DNA of 64,000 nucleotides from a virus (Duplodnaviria; Caudoviricetes), in the IMG/VR virus record IMGVR_UViG_3300020577_005315, positions 29,521-93,520 of that record. One strand, 5' to 3'. Shown here in pieces: positions 9,833 to 19,362 of the stretch (the first letter of the stretch is position 1; each line of letters opens with the position of its first letter). A program made the position numbers and the translations under genes. The notes under the pieces are model-generated. The model searched no databases and was not told the origin of the DNA. It saw only the letters and a program-made list of their open reading frames with translations.

Positions 9833-11782
9833 GTGCCGCCGATCATCCCGTCAGGGGACTCATACGTCACGCATTTAGACGTGAAGTACAACCCGATGCT
9901 GGTGCTGGCCGTGGGCGAGACAGTTTGCGCCTACTCGCCGGCTGCGTGCTGTCGTACACCGCCCACAGATTGTCGTGAGTTTTGCGGTGGGACTGCTTAT
10001 CAAAATGACGGCGTGGCTGCTAGACCTGCAGTTCTTACTATAACTGACAAAAGTGGTAGCCATTCGTGGTTGAATAAGAAGTATAGCGTAGTTACACCGG
10101 TGTCTCGCTTGGCGGTGGGTGCGGTAAGTTACACTTACAGTACGTACCAAGTTGACGCCAGCGGCACTCCTCATTTTTTAGAAGAGACGTTTAATCCAGA
10201 AAACATCAGAAGAATTAATATCAACCCGTGTGGTGGTGTTCGTCAGTACTCCAACAGCTCGGCACCCCACAATCGGTTCACATACGACACGCAATACCTG
10301 GACTGGGTCACTCCGTTCCTATACTGCACAGGTAACTACGTAGGATCTGGAGGCGCAGATTACCACAGTAATGACTGTTGGCTATCTGAAGGATTCGAGG
10401 TTCCGCCTGGTTACCCAAATGGGCCGGATTTCTTACTTGAGCTCATGTTATATCACGCACCTGTTGCAATGTCTGGGGATTGTAGTGACTTAACTCAGGT
10501 GTTGGACCCGGCGTATGATGCTGAGTCATGGCGTACGACTTGTAATAGTACGTGCTGCACTGCTGAAGTCGTAGTAAATTCGACACACACTGGGCAGCCG
10601 GCTGTAATTCCTCTGTTTCAGTACGGATGTAACCCGCTACGAATGCGCGTGGTGAATTACCCGTTGCAATTGATTCACAGTCGAGGCGGTGTTAACGGTA
10701 TACCTCTGGTCGAAACGAAGGAGGTAGTTAATGTAGACCTGGACATAACTGAGTCCTATATAGGTTGTCCCGGACTACTTGGCGGTACCATTTTGTACTG
10801 GTCTTTGAATGGGGCCGCACCTCAACCACTGACTCCGACTACTGGTTTAGTACGCGGCCTTTGGAATACTCCGTCTTTTGATTACACCATCTCAGCCACT
10901 CCTATTAATTTCCCCCAGTACAGTGACGGCAATCCAACGCTGAATGTGTTTGGTCCCAGCGACCATTGTTACCGCGAAAAGGTCTGGGACGCCCGCACCA
11001 AGACCTTGTACCAACATAGTGGAGAGCCCAATCCGCCGTCACAGCGTGTGCTGTGGTACGTCAGTCGTCGTACTTACCCGGCGGACATTAATCCGTTCAT
11101 CGGATATACCGCCTCGTTCTCATGCTCGCCGCTGGACGTCACCATCGTCGATCTTGATGGTAACACACATCGTATCACCAGCTCGTACAATAGAACCGGA
11201 TCGGTGATCGGTGTCGTTGGGTATAACGTCCAATACACCAAGGTGTTGGTGCAGGCCAACTCAGACGTGGTCACTAGTGATTGTGTAGTTCCGTGCGAAG
11301 ACAACACACACGGCCCAGTCGAGACTACGACCTACGATATGACGTTCGGGCCAGTTCTTAAGACCGTCACGCCACGTTTGTCTCCGGTGTTGGCTACGTT
11401 CGGCACGGACACGCGACTGGTTCGCGACCCGACAACCTGCTGCAACGGCTCTAGTCTCGTCGTCCCAGACCCTACGACGGCGTGCAAGCCCACAGACGGT
11501 CAGTCCGCGATCCTCTCGGTGAACGGTCATAACTACGTCGGCTCTTGGGTGGTGACGTATAATCAGCCAGACGGATTTGCCGCCATATTGAGTGTAAGCG
11601 GCGCTGACGGCTACTTCACCGTTAACTTCAATGTAAACGCCTATGGAACCATCACTACTGGCATCTATTGGGTCGATCACGGAAATACCCTGCCAGGCGG
11701 TCTAGGGCCTACCGTCAACTGCGGTCCTCCCATCGTGTTTTCCGGAATCATAGATGGAACCCTGATCACGGTAACGACGTAA
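9833..11782 (+). CDS. Cys-rich putative tail fibre / receptor-binding or decoration protein
   Basis: Long ORF (GTG 9833, 1 nt after the upstream stop, preferred over ATG 9782); beta-rich with many C/CC; visibly AT-richer than its neighbours; follows baseplate genes. Confidence 0.45.
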   Translation: MPPIIPSGDSYVTHLDVKYNPMLVLAVGETVCAYSPAACCRTPPTDCREFCGGTAYQNDGVAARPAVLTITDKSGSHSWLNKKYSVVTPVSRLAVGAVSYTYSTYQVDASGTPHFLEETFNPENIRRININPCGGVRQYSNSSAPHNRFTYDTQYLDWVTPFLYCTGNYVGSGGADYHSNDCWLSEGFEVPPGYPNGPDFLLELMLYHAPVAMSGDCSDLTQVLDPAYDAESWRTTCNSTCCTAEVVVNSTHTGQPAVIPLFQYGCNPLRMRVVNYPLQLIHSRGGVNGIPLVETKEVVNVDLDITESYIGCPGLLGGTILYWSLNGAAPQPLTPTTGLVRGLWNTPSFDYTISATPINFPQYSDGNPTLNVFGPSDHCYREKVWDARTKTLYQHSGEPNPPSQRVLWYVSRRTYPADINPFIGYTASFSCSPLDVTIVDLDGNTHRITSSYNRTGSVIGVVGYNVQYTKVLVQANSDVVTSDCVVPCEDNTHGPVETTTYDMTFGPVLKTVTPRLSPVLATFGTDTRLVRDPTTCCNGSSLVVPDPTTACKPTDGQSAILSVNGHNYVGSWVVTYNQPDGFAAILSVSGADGYFTVNFNVNAYGTITTGIYWVDHGNTLPGGLGPTVNCGPPIVFSGIIDGTLITVTT

Positions 11783-13158
11783 TGCGTGAAGTCCAGACGT
11801 GTAACGGTGCGCCCTTCTGCAACAAGGTGAGGTTGGGAAGGGCCTTCGACGTCACCGTCGACTGTAAGCTGTGTTGGGCCTGCGCTCACGTACAAGTCGT
11901 AGGCGAGGCCGCCGGCTGGAAGGGTGAGACGAGCTACAACAAGGTTCAGCGCCTACTCAGCAAGGATCACGTTGAGCAGTACAAGGGCCTGGAGGTGAAT
12001 CCCAAGCTGGAGGAGTCCCTCCAGGAGGCCACCCGCATGCCCAAGGACGACCCCAAGACGTACCGCTCCCGTCGGTACCCGCTTCCAGATCTGGGGCCTT
12101 GCGTCTACAGGGGTCACGACTTAAATGGCTATGAGGCCGCCCAGCAGGGTTTGAGTACCGTAAAGAAGTGGGCCAAGTGCCACCACGCGGATAAGCCTCT
12201 TGGCGAGTACGTTTGCCCATGTATGGGCTGCGGGTCGACGTGCAACAGGTACGCGCCGTCTACGGCTTTGACTCCGGACCGCGTAATAAAGCCGCTCCAG
12301 GCGACGGGGGCCTACAACCCGAGTACGATCCGGTTCCAGGACAAGTGGGTCCACTTGTATCGGACCGGATACTTGGGGTCGGACTTGTGGGTCGTCGAGA
12401 TGGACGAGGAATTCAACCCTGTCACGCAACCGGTGAAGCTCGAGTTGGTACATAACGAGTGTCACGGCGGACGCGAAGACGGTAGGTTCTTCGTCCACAA
12501 CGATAAGCTGCACGTCGCGTTCGCCGGCGTATGGATGAACCCCCGCGACAACGCCGTCTGTACCTCGGTCCTGATCGCGGAACTTGACGAGCGTTACAAC
12601 GTGGTCGACCTGTGGCGTCCGCACCTGGACGACCGACAGTACCCCAAAGAGAAAAACTGGAGCGTGTTCAGTCACGACGGTGAACTGTTCGCCGTCTACT
12701 GGGTGCTGGGCGAGCACATCATCTTGAAGTTGGACCGGACGCTGGAAAAGGCGTACATAGTCAACAGGTCCGACAACAAACTGCCCTGGCACGGCGGGGC
12801 CATTCGGGGCGGTGCTTCACCCGTCAGGGTAGGGGACAGGTACTACCACTGGACGCACGGCTTCTGGTCGTTCCAGAACAAGTTCCCGGTGGGTACGTAC
12901 AACGTAGGCTTGTACACCTTTGAGGCTAAGCCGCCATTCAAGGTCATCGACCAGTGCGCCTATCCGCTGTACATCGCCGACGAGAAGACGCGGCCCGCCA
13001 GTTGGCACGTGAACGTCGTGTTTCCTTGTGGCGCGGAGTTGTACAAGGGTAAGTGGTACGTAACCGTCGGGATGCACGACGCCTGGACGGAGATCCTGGA
13101 GTGGGATCACGACCGCATCAAGGAACACCTGGAGTGGGGGCCTAGCAGTGAGCAATGA
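11782..13158 (+). CDS. Cys-rich N-terminal domain fused to a 5-bladed beta-propeller glycosidase/phosphorylase (GH130-like)
   Basis: ATG at the TAATG overlap; motifs YNPSTI, EDGRFF, EKNWSVF, RGGASPV, NVVFPCGA. Confidence 0.7.
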   Translation: MREVQTCNGAPFCNKVRLGRAFDVTVDCKLCWACAHVQVVGEAAGWKGETSYNKVQRLLSKDHVEQYKGLEVNPKLEESLQEATRMPKDDPKTYRSRRYPLPDLGPCVYRGHDLNGYEAAQQGLSTVKKWAKCHHADKPLGEYVCPCMGCGSTCNRYAPSTALTPDRVIKPLQATGAYNPSTIRFQDKWVHLYRTGYLGSDLWVVEMDEEFNPVTQPVKLELVHNECHGGREDGRFFVHNDKLHVAFAGVWMNPRDNAVCTSVLIAELDERYNVVDLWRPHLDDRQYPKEKNWSVFSHDGELFAVYWVLGEHIILKLDRTLEKAYIVNRSDNKLPWHGGAIRGGASPVRVGDRYYHWTHGFWSFQNKFPVGTYNVGLYTFEAKPPFKVIDQCAYPLYIADEKTRPASWHVNVVFPCGAELYKGKWYVTVGMHDAWTEILEWDHDRIKEHLEWGPSSEQ

Positions 13159-15034
13159 CCTGTACACGCGTCTCAAGGCCCGCCAGTTCTACCACAAAGA
13201 CGACGAAGATGACTTCGAGCTGTGCCAGGCCCACAACCACTTACTACGCGAGGCAGTAGCATCACCTCCTCCGGTCTACCCGGGTACGCCAGGAACCCGA
13301 GGCATCGTTACGGCCGTGGGGGGCACATTGTATTTCAAGTGCGCCTACGTGGGTGTGAAACTGCTGCGTAAGTTGGGCTGTACGCTGCCCATCGAGTGGT
13401 GGCACCTGGGCGAGCATGAGTTCGACCCAGAAATGGTGAAGCTGGCTGAGGATCTGGGCGTCAGGGTGGTGGACGCCAACACTGTCGATTACAAGCCTCG
13501 CATCCTGAACGGTTGGGAGTTGAAACCGTTCGCAGTCGCGCACAGCAAGTTTCAGGAAGTCATGTTCCTGGACGCCGACAACCTGTCAGTTAAAGACCCG
13601 ACGCCCCTGTTCGACTGCGATGAGTACAAACGGACTGGTTCGTTGTTCTGGCCCGACCTTCCGCCCAGCGACCGCCCCGAGTGGGTGCCTACGGAGGTGT
13701 GGCGTCAGCTCGGACTGACCAGGCCGGACACGCCCGCGTTCGAGTCCGGTCAGTTCTTGATCAACAAGGGCAAGTGCGCTAAGGAACTAGGCGTCACTGT
13801 CCACATCAACGAGTACTCGGACTGGTACTACAAGTGGGCCACGTACGGCGACAAGGACACGTTCCAGATCGCGTGGCGTATGTGCGGAACCGACTACGGG
13901 ATGATTCGGACGCCGTGCGGGTGGGACGCGCCTGCCATCCAACAGTACGACGACAAGGGTGAACTGCAGTTCCAGCACTTGTGCCAAGGAAAGAACCAAC
14001 TCGCAACGGGCCAATTCATCCCGTCTCTGAAGCACTCGCTGGACGTCAGTAAGTTCGCCTTTCTGCTGGCCGACGCGTGGCACGGGAAGATCTGGAAATA
14101 CAGGGACGATGTGGGACTGACTAAAGAAGCGCTGCAGAAGTTCGAGGGCCAGTGGACGGTTCGTAGAACGGACAGCGGGGCCTCGTACGACATCGTCCTA
14201 CTACCAGGGGGCGACGTCGGGAGTGGCAGGACGAACGCCGAGTACTCGTGGTCGGTACGACATAAGGACGGCGATCGTCCCGAGCTGATCATCACGGGCA
14301 GCGGCCATAAGGGGACGCAAGTGGCCACCGTGATCGCTAAGGAAGGGTTGAACAGGGTGTGGCGCGGGAAGAGTGTAATACACCTGAGTCGAGAGCCTCA
14401 GGCTCGCGTCATGCCTTTCTACTGGTCGTATCGGCCCGAGACGTACGACTGGGGCATCTTCAACAGCGTTGCGACGCAAGACGAGTACGGGTTGCGCGGG
14501 ATGTTCCTGAACGGTGGGTGCGTGTTAGACGTGGGAGCCCACATAGGGTCGTTCTCGTACAAGGTGCGTCAGGTGGGCGCGGGAGTAACCCACGCGTACG
14601 AACCTGAACCCGACAACTACGGGCTTCTGGCCCAGAACGCGCAGTTCGTAGGCTGTAAAACGTTCAACGAGGCCGTTTGGTCAAAGGACGGCGTCGTACG
14701 CCTCGAGAAGAGTAGGTGCAACAACACCGGGGCCAACTATACGTTCGAGGACGACGCAGGGACGACCTGGTGCGTTGGACTTGATACGGCCATAGACCGC
14801 TTACTGCGACATTCCGGCCAAGATCGAGTGGCGCTGTTAAAACTGGACTGCGAGCGGGCTGAGTTTGAAATCCTCCCCAACGCTGACTTGTCCAGAGTCG
14901 ACCGCATCGTCGCTGAGACGCACGACGCGGTGCGTGTGGCGGACTTGTGTCGGTATTTGACGGGGTGCGGGTTCGAGGTAAACTACAAACACACTGCCGG
15001 AGACCTTGGGATTCTCTCAGCCCGGAGGAACTAA
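13148..15034 (+). CDS. alpha-mannosyltransferase-like (GT71/MNN) domain fused to FkbM-type methyltransferase
   Basis: GIVTAVGG, LPIEWW, LKPFAV, EVMFLDADN, LFWPD, ESGQ, YGDKDTF (GT71); LDVGAHIGSF, YEPEPDN, LKLDCE (FkbM). Confidence 0.8.
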   Translation: MSNDLYTRLKARQFYHKDDEDDFELCQAHNHLLREAVASPPPVYPGTPGTRGIVTAVGGTLYFKCAYVGVKLLRKLGCTLPIEWWHLGEHEFDPEMVKLAEDLGVRVVDANTVDYKPRILNGWELKPFAVAHSKFQEVMFLDADNLSVKDPTPLFDCDEYKRTGSLFWPDLPPSDRPEWVPTEVWRQLGLTRPDTPAFESGQFLINKGKCAKELGVTVHINEYSDWYYKWATYGDKDTFQIAWRMCGTDYGMIRTPCGWDAPAIQQYDDKGELQFQHLCQGKNQLATGQFIPSLKHSLDVSKFAFLLADAWHGKIWKYRDDVGLTKEALQKFEGQWTVRRTDSGASYDIVLLPGGDVGSGRTNAEYSWSVRHKDGDRPELIITGSGHKGTQVATVIAKEGLNRVWRGKSVIHLSREPQARVMPFYWSYRPETYDWGIFNSVATQDEYGLRGMFLNGGCVLDVGAHIGSFSYKVRQVGAGVTHAYEPEPDNYGLLAQNAQFVGCKTFNEAVWSKDGVVRLEKSRCNNTGANYTFEDDAGTTWCVGLDTAIDRLLRHSGQDRVALLKLDCERAEFEILPNADLSRVDRIVAETHDAVRVADLCRYLTGCGFEVNYKHTAGDLGILSARRN

Positions 15035-15549
15035 TGGCGAACTACATCACCCTCAAGCCAAAGACGGAAAAGTGGGGGTCCGCCGACGAGGTCTACCAGG
15101 AGCTCAAAGCTCAAGTTTACGACGTGGACGTCGTGACGATCTTCATCGACGCGGAGTCCGAAGAGAGCGCCGGACTCCGCAGGTTCTTGTCCGAGAACAA
15201 GATCTGGACGGTGGTGAGTAGGACGCGCGACCCGGACATCGTGGTCATGTCGTGCCGTCCCCAGGACAAGCACAAACTCCCCTCCTACTGGAAGCAGGCC
15301 GTGCACCTGGTGAAGGACATCAAGCAGGCCCTCGAATCACACGCCTTCATCGTTCCTGACGAGGTCTGGCACAAGCGCGTCGACATCTGCCTGACGTGTC
15401 CCGAGCGTAACTTCAACAGGTGCAGCGCTTGTGGGTGTTTCATCGAAAAGCGCGCGGCCGTGTCGAGCGCCGCGTGCGGGTTGATCGAGTTGGGCATTAA
15501 GCCCTTTTGGGACAAGTATGAGCCACGACCTGATAATCGTCCCCAATAA
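15034..15549 (+). CDS. hypothetical protein with C-terminal Cys-rich zinc-binding domain
   Basis: ATG at the TAATG overlap; RVDICLTCP...RCSACGCFI...AACG. Confidence 0.65.
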   Translation: MANYITLKPKTEKWGSADEVYQELKAQVYDVDVVTIFIDAESEESAGLRRFLSENKIWTVVSRTRDPDIVVMSCRPQDKHKLPSYWKQAVHLVKDIKQALESHAFIVPDEVWHKRVDICLTCPERNFNRCSACGCFIEKRAAVSSAACGLIELGIKPFWDKYEPRPDNRPQ

Positions 15550-16420
15550 GGCCGCTCCAGGCGACTTGGTCGCGTGCACCGCACTAATCAGAGACTTGTA
15601 CGAACAATACCCGGGTATCAGACTTTCCGTCCGGTCTAAGGGCGGTCACCGGGAGCTGTTCCGCGACGACTACCGCATCTCTCACCCCACCCTCTCCAGC
15701 AAGCCCGTCGTAATAGACTTCGCCCCGTCCATAAACTGCGCGGCTGTCGACAGGACGAAACGCTACGTTTACTGCCCCCACGAGTCGTTCGAGGCCCAGA
15801 CCGGGATACAGGTCGTGCGGGGCGACCCCAGGCCGTCCTTAGTCTGCTCTGCGGAAAGGCCCTGGAAGCTGCCCGCGAACTACGGACTCGTGTTCAGCGG
15901 GTACAAGGTCGACATGCCCGTTAAGGCGTGGCCTACGGAGAGGTTCCAAGAAGTCGTGGACCGCACGTCCGACATCGTGTCGTGGTGCCAGGCCGGCGAG
16001 ATCCACGACGGCTGGTACCCCCAGAACCAGGACCTCATTGCGAGGACGACGAACCTGCTGGGCGAGTCGGACCTGTACGAGACGATGCGGCTGATCAAGT
16101 ATGCGTCCGTGGTCCTGTGTCATACCAGCATGCCGATGCTGATGGCGGCGGCGTTCGGCACCCCGTGTGTAGTCATAGGCGGCGGCCGGGAACACCCGTG
16201 GCTGTTCGACGGCTTGGGCGTCGACTATCTCCACACCGTCGGCGACATAGAGTGCTGTGCAGACCGCGGGTGCATGAAGAGCATCGCCAAGGTCGGCACC
16301 CCCGGAAACGGCCACTACTGCGACCGTCCGGTGTGGACGTCGTTGCGCGTGGTGGGCGAGTGCATGGAGCGCATCGCCGTCGATAGGGTTATCAGTTCAA
16401 TTCGGGCCGCCGTCGCCTAA
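15518..16420 (+). CDS. GT9 (ADP-heptose:LPS heptosyltransferase-like) glycosyltransferase
   Basis: PGDLVACTALIRDL, KAWPTERFQEV, NLLG, TSMPMLMAAAFGTPCVVIGGG. Confidence 0.75.
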   Translation: MSHDLIIVPNKAAPGDLVACTALIRDLYEQYPGIRLSVRSKGGHRELFRDDYRISHPTLSSKPVVIDFAPSINCAAVDRTKRYVYCPHESFEAQTGIQVVRGDPRPSLVCSAERPWKLPANYGLVFSGYKVDMPVKAWPTERFQEVVDRTSDIVSWCQAGEIHDGWYPQNQDLIARTTNLLGESDLYETMRLIKYASVVLCHTSMPMLMAAAFGTPCVVIGGGREHPWLFDGLGVDYLHTVGDIECCADRGCMKSIAKVGTPGNGHYCDRPVWTSLRVVGECMERIAVDRVISSIRAAVA

Positions 16421-16447
16421 ATAGTAGTCCAAACCTCGTCATAATTA
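16418..16447 (+). promoter_or_regulatory. candidate phage-sigma promoter TAAA-N15-CGTCATAATTA
   Basis: The same spaced motif occurs at 7 intergenic sites; the 13-mer CTCGTCATAATTA is identical to 53744-53756. Confidence 0.6.
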
Positions 16448-16457
16448 ACTGCTATAG

Positions 16458-16480
16458 ATCTGTAGCTTGTTGCTACAGAT
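16458..16480. repeat. perfect 9-bp inverted repeat (operator or 5' hairpin)
   Basis: ATCTGTAGC-ttgtt-GCTACAGAT between the candidate promoter and the AAA gene. Confidence 0.6.
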
Positions 16481-16501
16481 GCGGATTGCTACCAGGAGTT
16501 C

Positions 16502-17779
16502 ATGATGACGACGTCGTTGGAAGTGGCGACCCCGGTTGCGGACATGTTCAACCAGATGGCCGACTGCATGCAGCGGGGCGGCGTCCCGGCCCTGATGGGT
16601 CCGCCCGGCGTCGGCAAGACCGCCGGCATGGCCGCCGAGGCGAAGAGGCGGGGGCTGGAGCAGTACGTCATCATCGGGTCGCAGTGCGACCCGACCGACC
16701 TGAACGGGTTCCCGGTCGTCGACACCGATACCTCGGTCGTCGACTCGCAGCAGCGCAGCCACCCGGTCCTGAAGTTCGCGCCGCGCCGGATCTTCATCGA
16801 CGCGGTGCAGCGGCCGTCGCAGATCCTGCTGGACGAGTTCACCTGTGCCTCGGCGGCCACCCAGGCCGCGATGCTCCGGGGCATCAACGAGCGGCAGTTC
16901 GGGGAGTTCTACGTCGACCCGGAGGTCGTGCAGCTGGCGATCCTGTACAACCCGCCCGAGGTGGCCACGAACGGGACGGAGATCTCCCTGCCGGCCGCTA
17001 ACCGGCTGGAGCACTTCACCATGCCGGAGTTCAGCAGCAAGGACGTGGTCGAGGAGTGGTGCGACGGGTTCCTGCGGTACTGGGGCGATCCGCCCAAGAT
17101 CCAGTTCGTTCCGAACAACCCGTCGCACCCGTCGCACCTGAAGATCCCGGAGAGGGTGTTCCGGGTGGCGCGGTCGATGGTGGTCGGGTACCTGCTGTCG
17201 AACCCGTCGCAGCTCGCGCCCAAGCGGTCCGTCGACTCCGCCAACGGCGTCCTGGCCTTCCCGACCCCGCGGTCGTGGGAGAAGGTCGCGCGCGCCATCG
17301 CCCTGTGTCTCCACCGCGACCAGCCGGTGGTTCAGGCGTACAAGGCCACGATCGCCGCCGTCGGCACCGGGGCGGCCACCCCGTTCCACGCGTTCATGGA
17401 GCGGGCCCGGCTCCCCGACCCGGAGCAGCTGCTCGCCCAGCCGGACAGCTACGTGCCGACCGGCGAGATCGACACCGACTTCGTCACCCTCGACGCCGTC
17501 GCCGCGGCGGTGGTCAGCAACGACACCCTGCCCCGCCAGATCGCGGCGTGGAAGGTGCTCAGGCGGGCCGCCGGCGTGTCCGACGGCGAGGGGAAGAAGA
17601 TCAAGGCCCGCGAGTCCGCGGTCAGCGCGGTCCGGCAGCTGGTGCCGCTGGTCCGCAGCCTGACCAAGGTGGATAACCACGGCAAGATCGACCCGCAGCA
17701 GGTCGCCGACGCGATCAAGACCGTCACGGCCCTGTCGGCGCCGTACAGCTCGCTGTTCAAGTCGCTGATGCACGAGTAG
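16502..17779 (+). CDS. MoxR-like AAA+ ATPase
   Basis: Walker A GPPGVGKT, DPTDLNGFP, Walker B ILLDEF, AANRL, FPTPRSWE; SD AGGAG. Confidence 0.9.
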   Translation: MMTTSLEVATPVADMFNQMADCMQRGGVPALMGPPGVGKTAGMAAEAKRRGLEQYVIIGSQCDPTDLNGFPVVDTDTSVVDSQQRSHPVLKFAPRRIFIDAVQRPSQILLDEFTCASAATQAAMLRGINERQFGEFYVDPEVVQLAILYNPPEVATNGTEISLPAANRLEHFTMPEFSSKDVVEEWCDGFLRYWGDPPKIQFVPNNPSHPSHLKIPERVFRVARSMVVGYLLSNPSQLAPKRSVDSANGVLAFPTPRSWEKVARAIALCLHRDQPVVQAYKATIAAVGTGAATPFHAFMERARLPDPEQLLAQPDSYVPTGEIDTDFVTLDAVAAAVVSNDTLPRQIAAWKVLRRAAGVSDGEGKKIKARESAVSAVRQLVPLVRSLTKVDNHGKIDPQQVADAIKTVTALSAPYSSLFKSLMHE

Positions 17780-17787
17780 TCGAACAG

Positions 17788-17811
17788 ACAGCCCCGGCCG
17801 GGGCTGTTTTT
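17788..17811 (+). terminator. intrinsic terminator-like hairpin
   Basis: ACAGCCCC-ggcc-GGGGCTGT followed by TTTT. Confidence 0.65.
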
Positions 17812-17849
17812 AGCCCCGGCCTTCTACCCCGCCCCACCCCGAGGACACG

Positions 17850-19355
17850 ATGACGGCAACTGCCCAGGAGACGGACAAGGCGATGAGCGACGAGCACAAG
17901 GGTAAGCACAAGAAGTGCAAAGGCAAGGAGGAAGAGCGTCGGCCGGCGTCCGACTTCAACCAATCGGAGCTGGACGACAAGCTCGAGATGGCGCGGATGT
18001 TCATCCAGATGCTCTGGCCGTACCTGTACAGCGGCGTCGCCAAGATGTCCCCGCGGTGGTGCACCCACCCGCACCTGCGGACGATGGCCGTCGACAAGTA
18101 CTGGCGGCTGTACCTCGACCGCGAGCACGTCAACAACATCAGCCACTCCGAGCTGGCGCTGATGCTCGTCGGGCACGAGCTGATGCACCTGATGTACGCC
18201 CACAACGACCGCCTGATGGAGCACCAGGACTCGTTCCTGATGAGCCCCACCGGCGACCTGGTGTCGTTCAACAACTTCGTCGGGGACATGGCCATCAACT
18301 GCAGTCTGCAGGCGGTCCTCGACGCGGGCATGAAGTACTACCAGCAGACGTCCGGGCGCGGCATCCAGAGCGGCAAGGTCACGGTCCCGACCGACATCCT
18401 CCTGCCGACCAACTTCAAGGACAAGGCTGGCAACCCGTTCCCGGACGGACTGCTCCTCGAAGACTACGCCCAGCTGCTCATCGACAACGCCCGGGAACCC
18501 GAGGACGGGGGTGATGATAAGGGTGAGAAGAAGGGCGGTTGGACGCTCTTCACCCGCAACGGTAAGGGTAAGGGAATCTCGGGGCCGGGCAAGGGCTGTG
18601 ACTGCGGCTCCGGCGCGGACGGCAACGACCGCGAGTGGGAGGACAAGGACAAGCCCGACCCACGTAACCCGAAGACCGGCCTGTCGAAGGAGCGGCAGGA
18701 CATCGAGCGGCAGTCACTGGCGGAGAGCATCAAGAACCACGAGGCCAAGCACCCTGGCACCACTCCGGGCGGCATGGTGCTCTGGGCCGACGTCCACCTT
18801 CGGCCGGTCAAGGAGCACTGGTCCAAAATCCTGTCGCGGGTGCTCCGCTCCGGCCTCGGTACGCTCCGCGGCGACTACGAGGTCTCGTACGCCGTCCCCA
18901 ACCGGCGGTCGATCGCCACGCGATCGCAGATCATCCTGCCCGGTCGGCTGACGCCGAAGCCGAACTTCGCCCTGCTGCTCGACACGTCGGGCAGCATGGG
19001 GGAGTCCGACTACTCCAGCGCGTTCAGCCACATCCAGGCGATCCTGAAGCAGTGCGACGTCAAGAAGGTGCCGTTCCTGGCGTGCGACACGGAGGTCGCC
19101 GAGGTCCGCTACATCTCGTCCCTCAAGGACGTGAAGTTGGTCGGCGGCGGCGGCACCGACATGCGGGTGGGGATCGAGAAGGCGCACGACGTGTTCCCCC
19201 ACAACCGCAAGAGCCTGGTCATCTGCCTGACCGACGGGTATACTCCGTGGCCGAGTGAGAAGCCGGCGAACATGGAGGTGGTCGTCGTCCTCACCCAGAA
19301 GACGGACGCCCAGGTGCCGAGCTTCTGCCGCGTCGTCCGCGCTTACGACGACTGA
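17850..19355 (+). CDS. HExxH metallopeptidase-like + vWA domain protein (DUF2201-type), MoxR partner
   Basis: TMAVD, HELMH, DMAIN; MIDAS LLDTSGSM, GGGTD, LTDGYTPWP. Confidence 0.88.
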   Translation: MTATAQETDKAMSDEHKGKHKKCKGKEEERRPASDFNQSELDDKLEMARMFIQMLWPYLYSGVAKMSPRWCTHPHLRTMAVDKYWRLYLDREHVNNISHSELALMLVGHELMHLMYAHNDRLMEHQDSFLMSPTGDLVSFNNFVGDMAINCSLQAVLDAGMKYYQQTSGRGIQSGKVTVPTDILLPTNFKDKAGNPFPDGLLLEDYAQLLIDNAREPEDGGDDKGEKKGGWTLFTRNGKGKGISGPGKGCDCGSGADGNDREWEDKDKPDPRNPKTGLSKERQDIERQSLAESIKNHEAKHPGTTPGGMVLWADVHLRPVKEHWSKILSRVLRSGLGTLRGDYEVSYAVPNRRSIATRSQIILPGRLTPKPNFALLLDTSGSMGESDYSSAFSHIQAILKQCDVKKVPFLACDTEVAEVRYISSLKDVKLVGGGGTDMRVGIEKAHDVFPHNRKSLVICLTDGYTPWPSEKPANMEVVVVLTQKTDAQVPSFCRVVRAYDD

Positions 19356-19362
19356 GGCCGAC

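Noticed and set aside
16445-17773. Long antisense ORFs (also 6260-7117, 41620-42582, 43782-44888, 50355-51734, 58940-59905)
   Set aside because: They mirror well-supported + strand genes and are expected from strong GC3 codon bias; they show no motifs.
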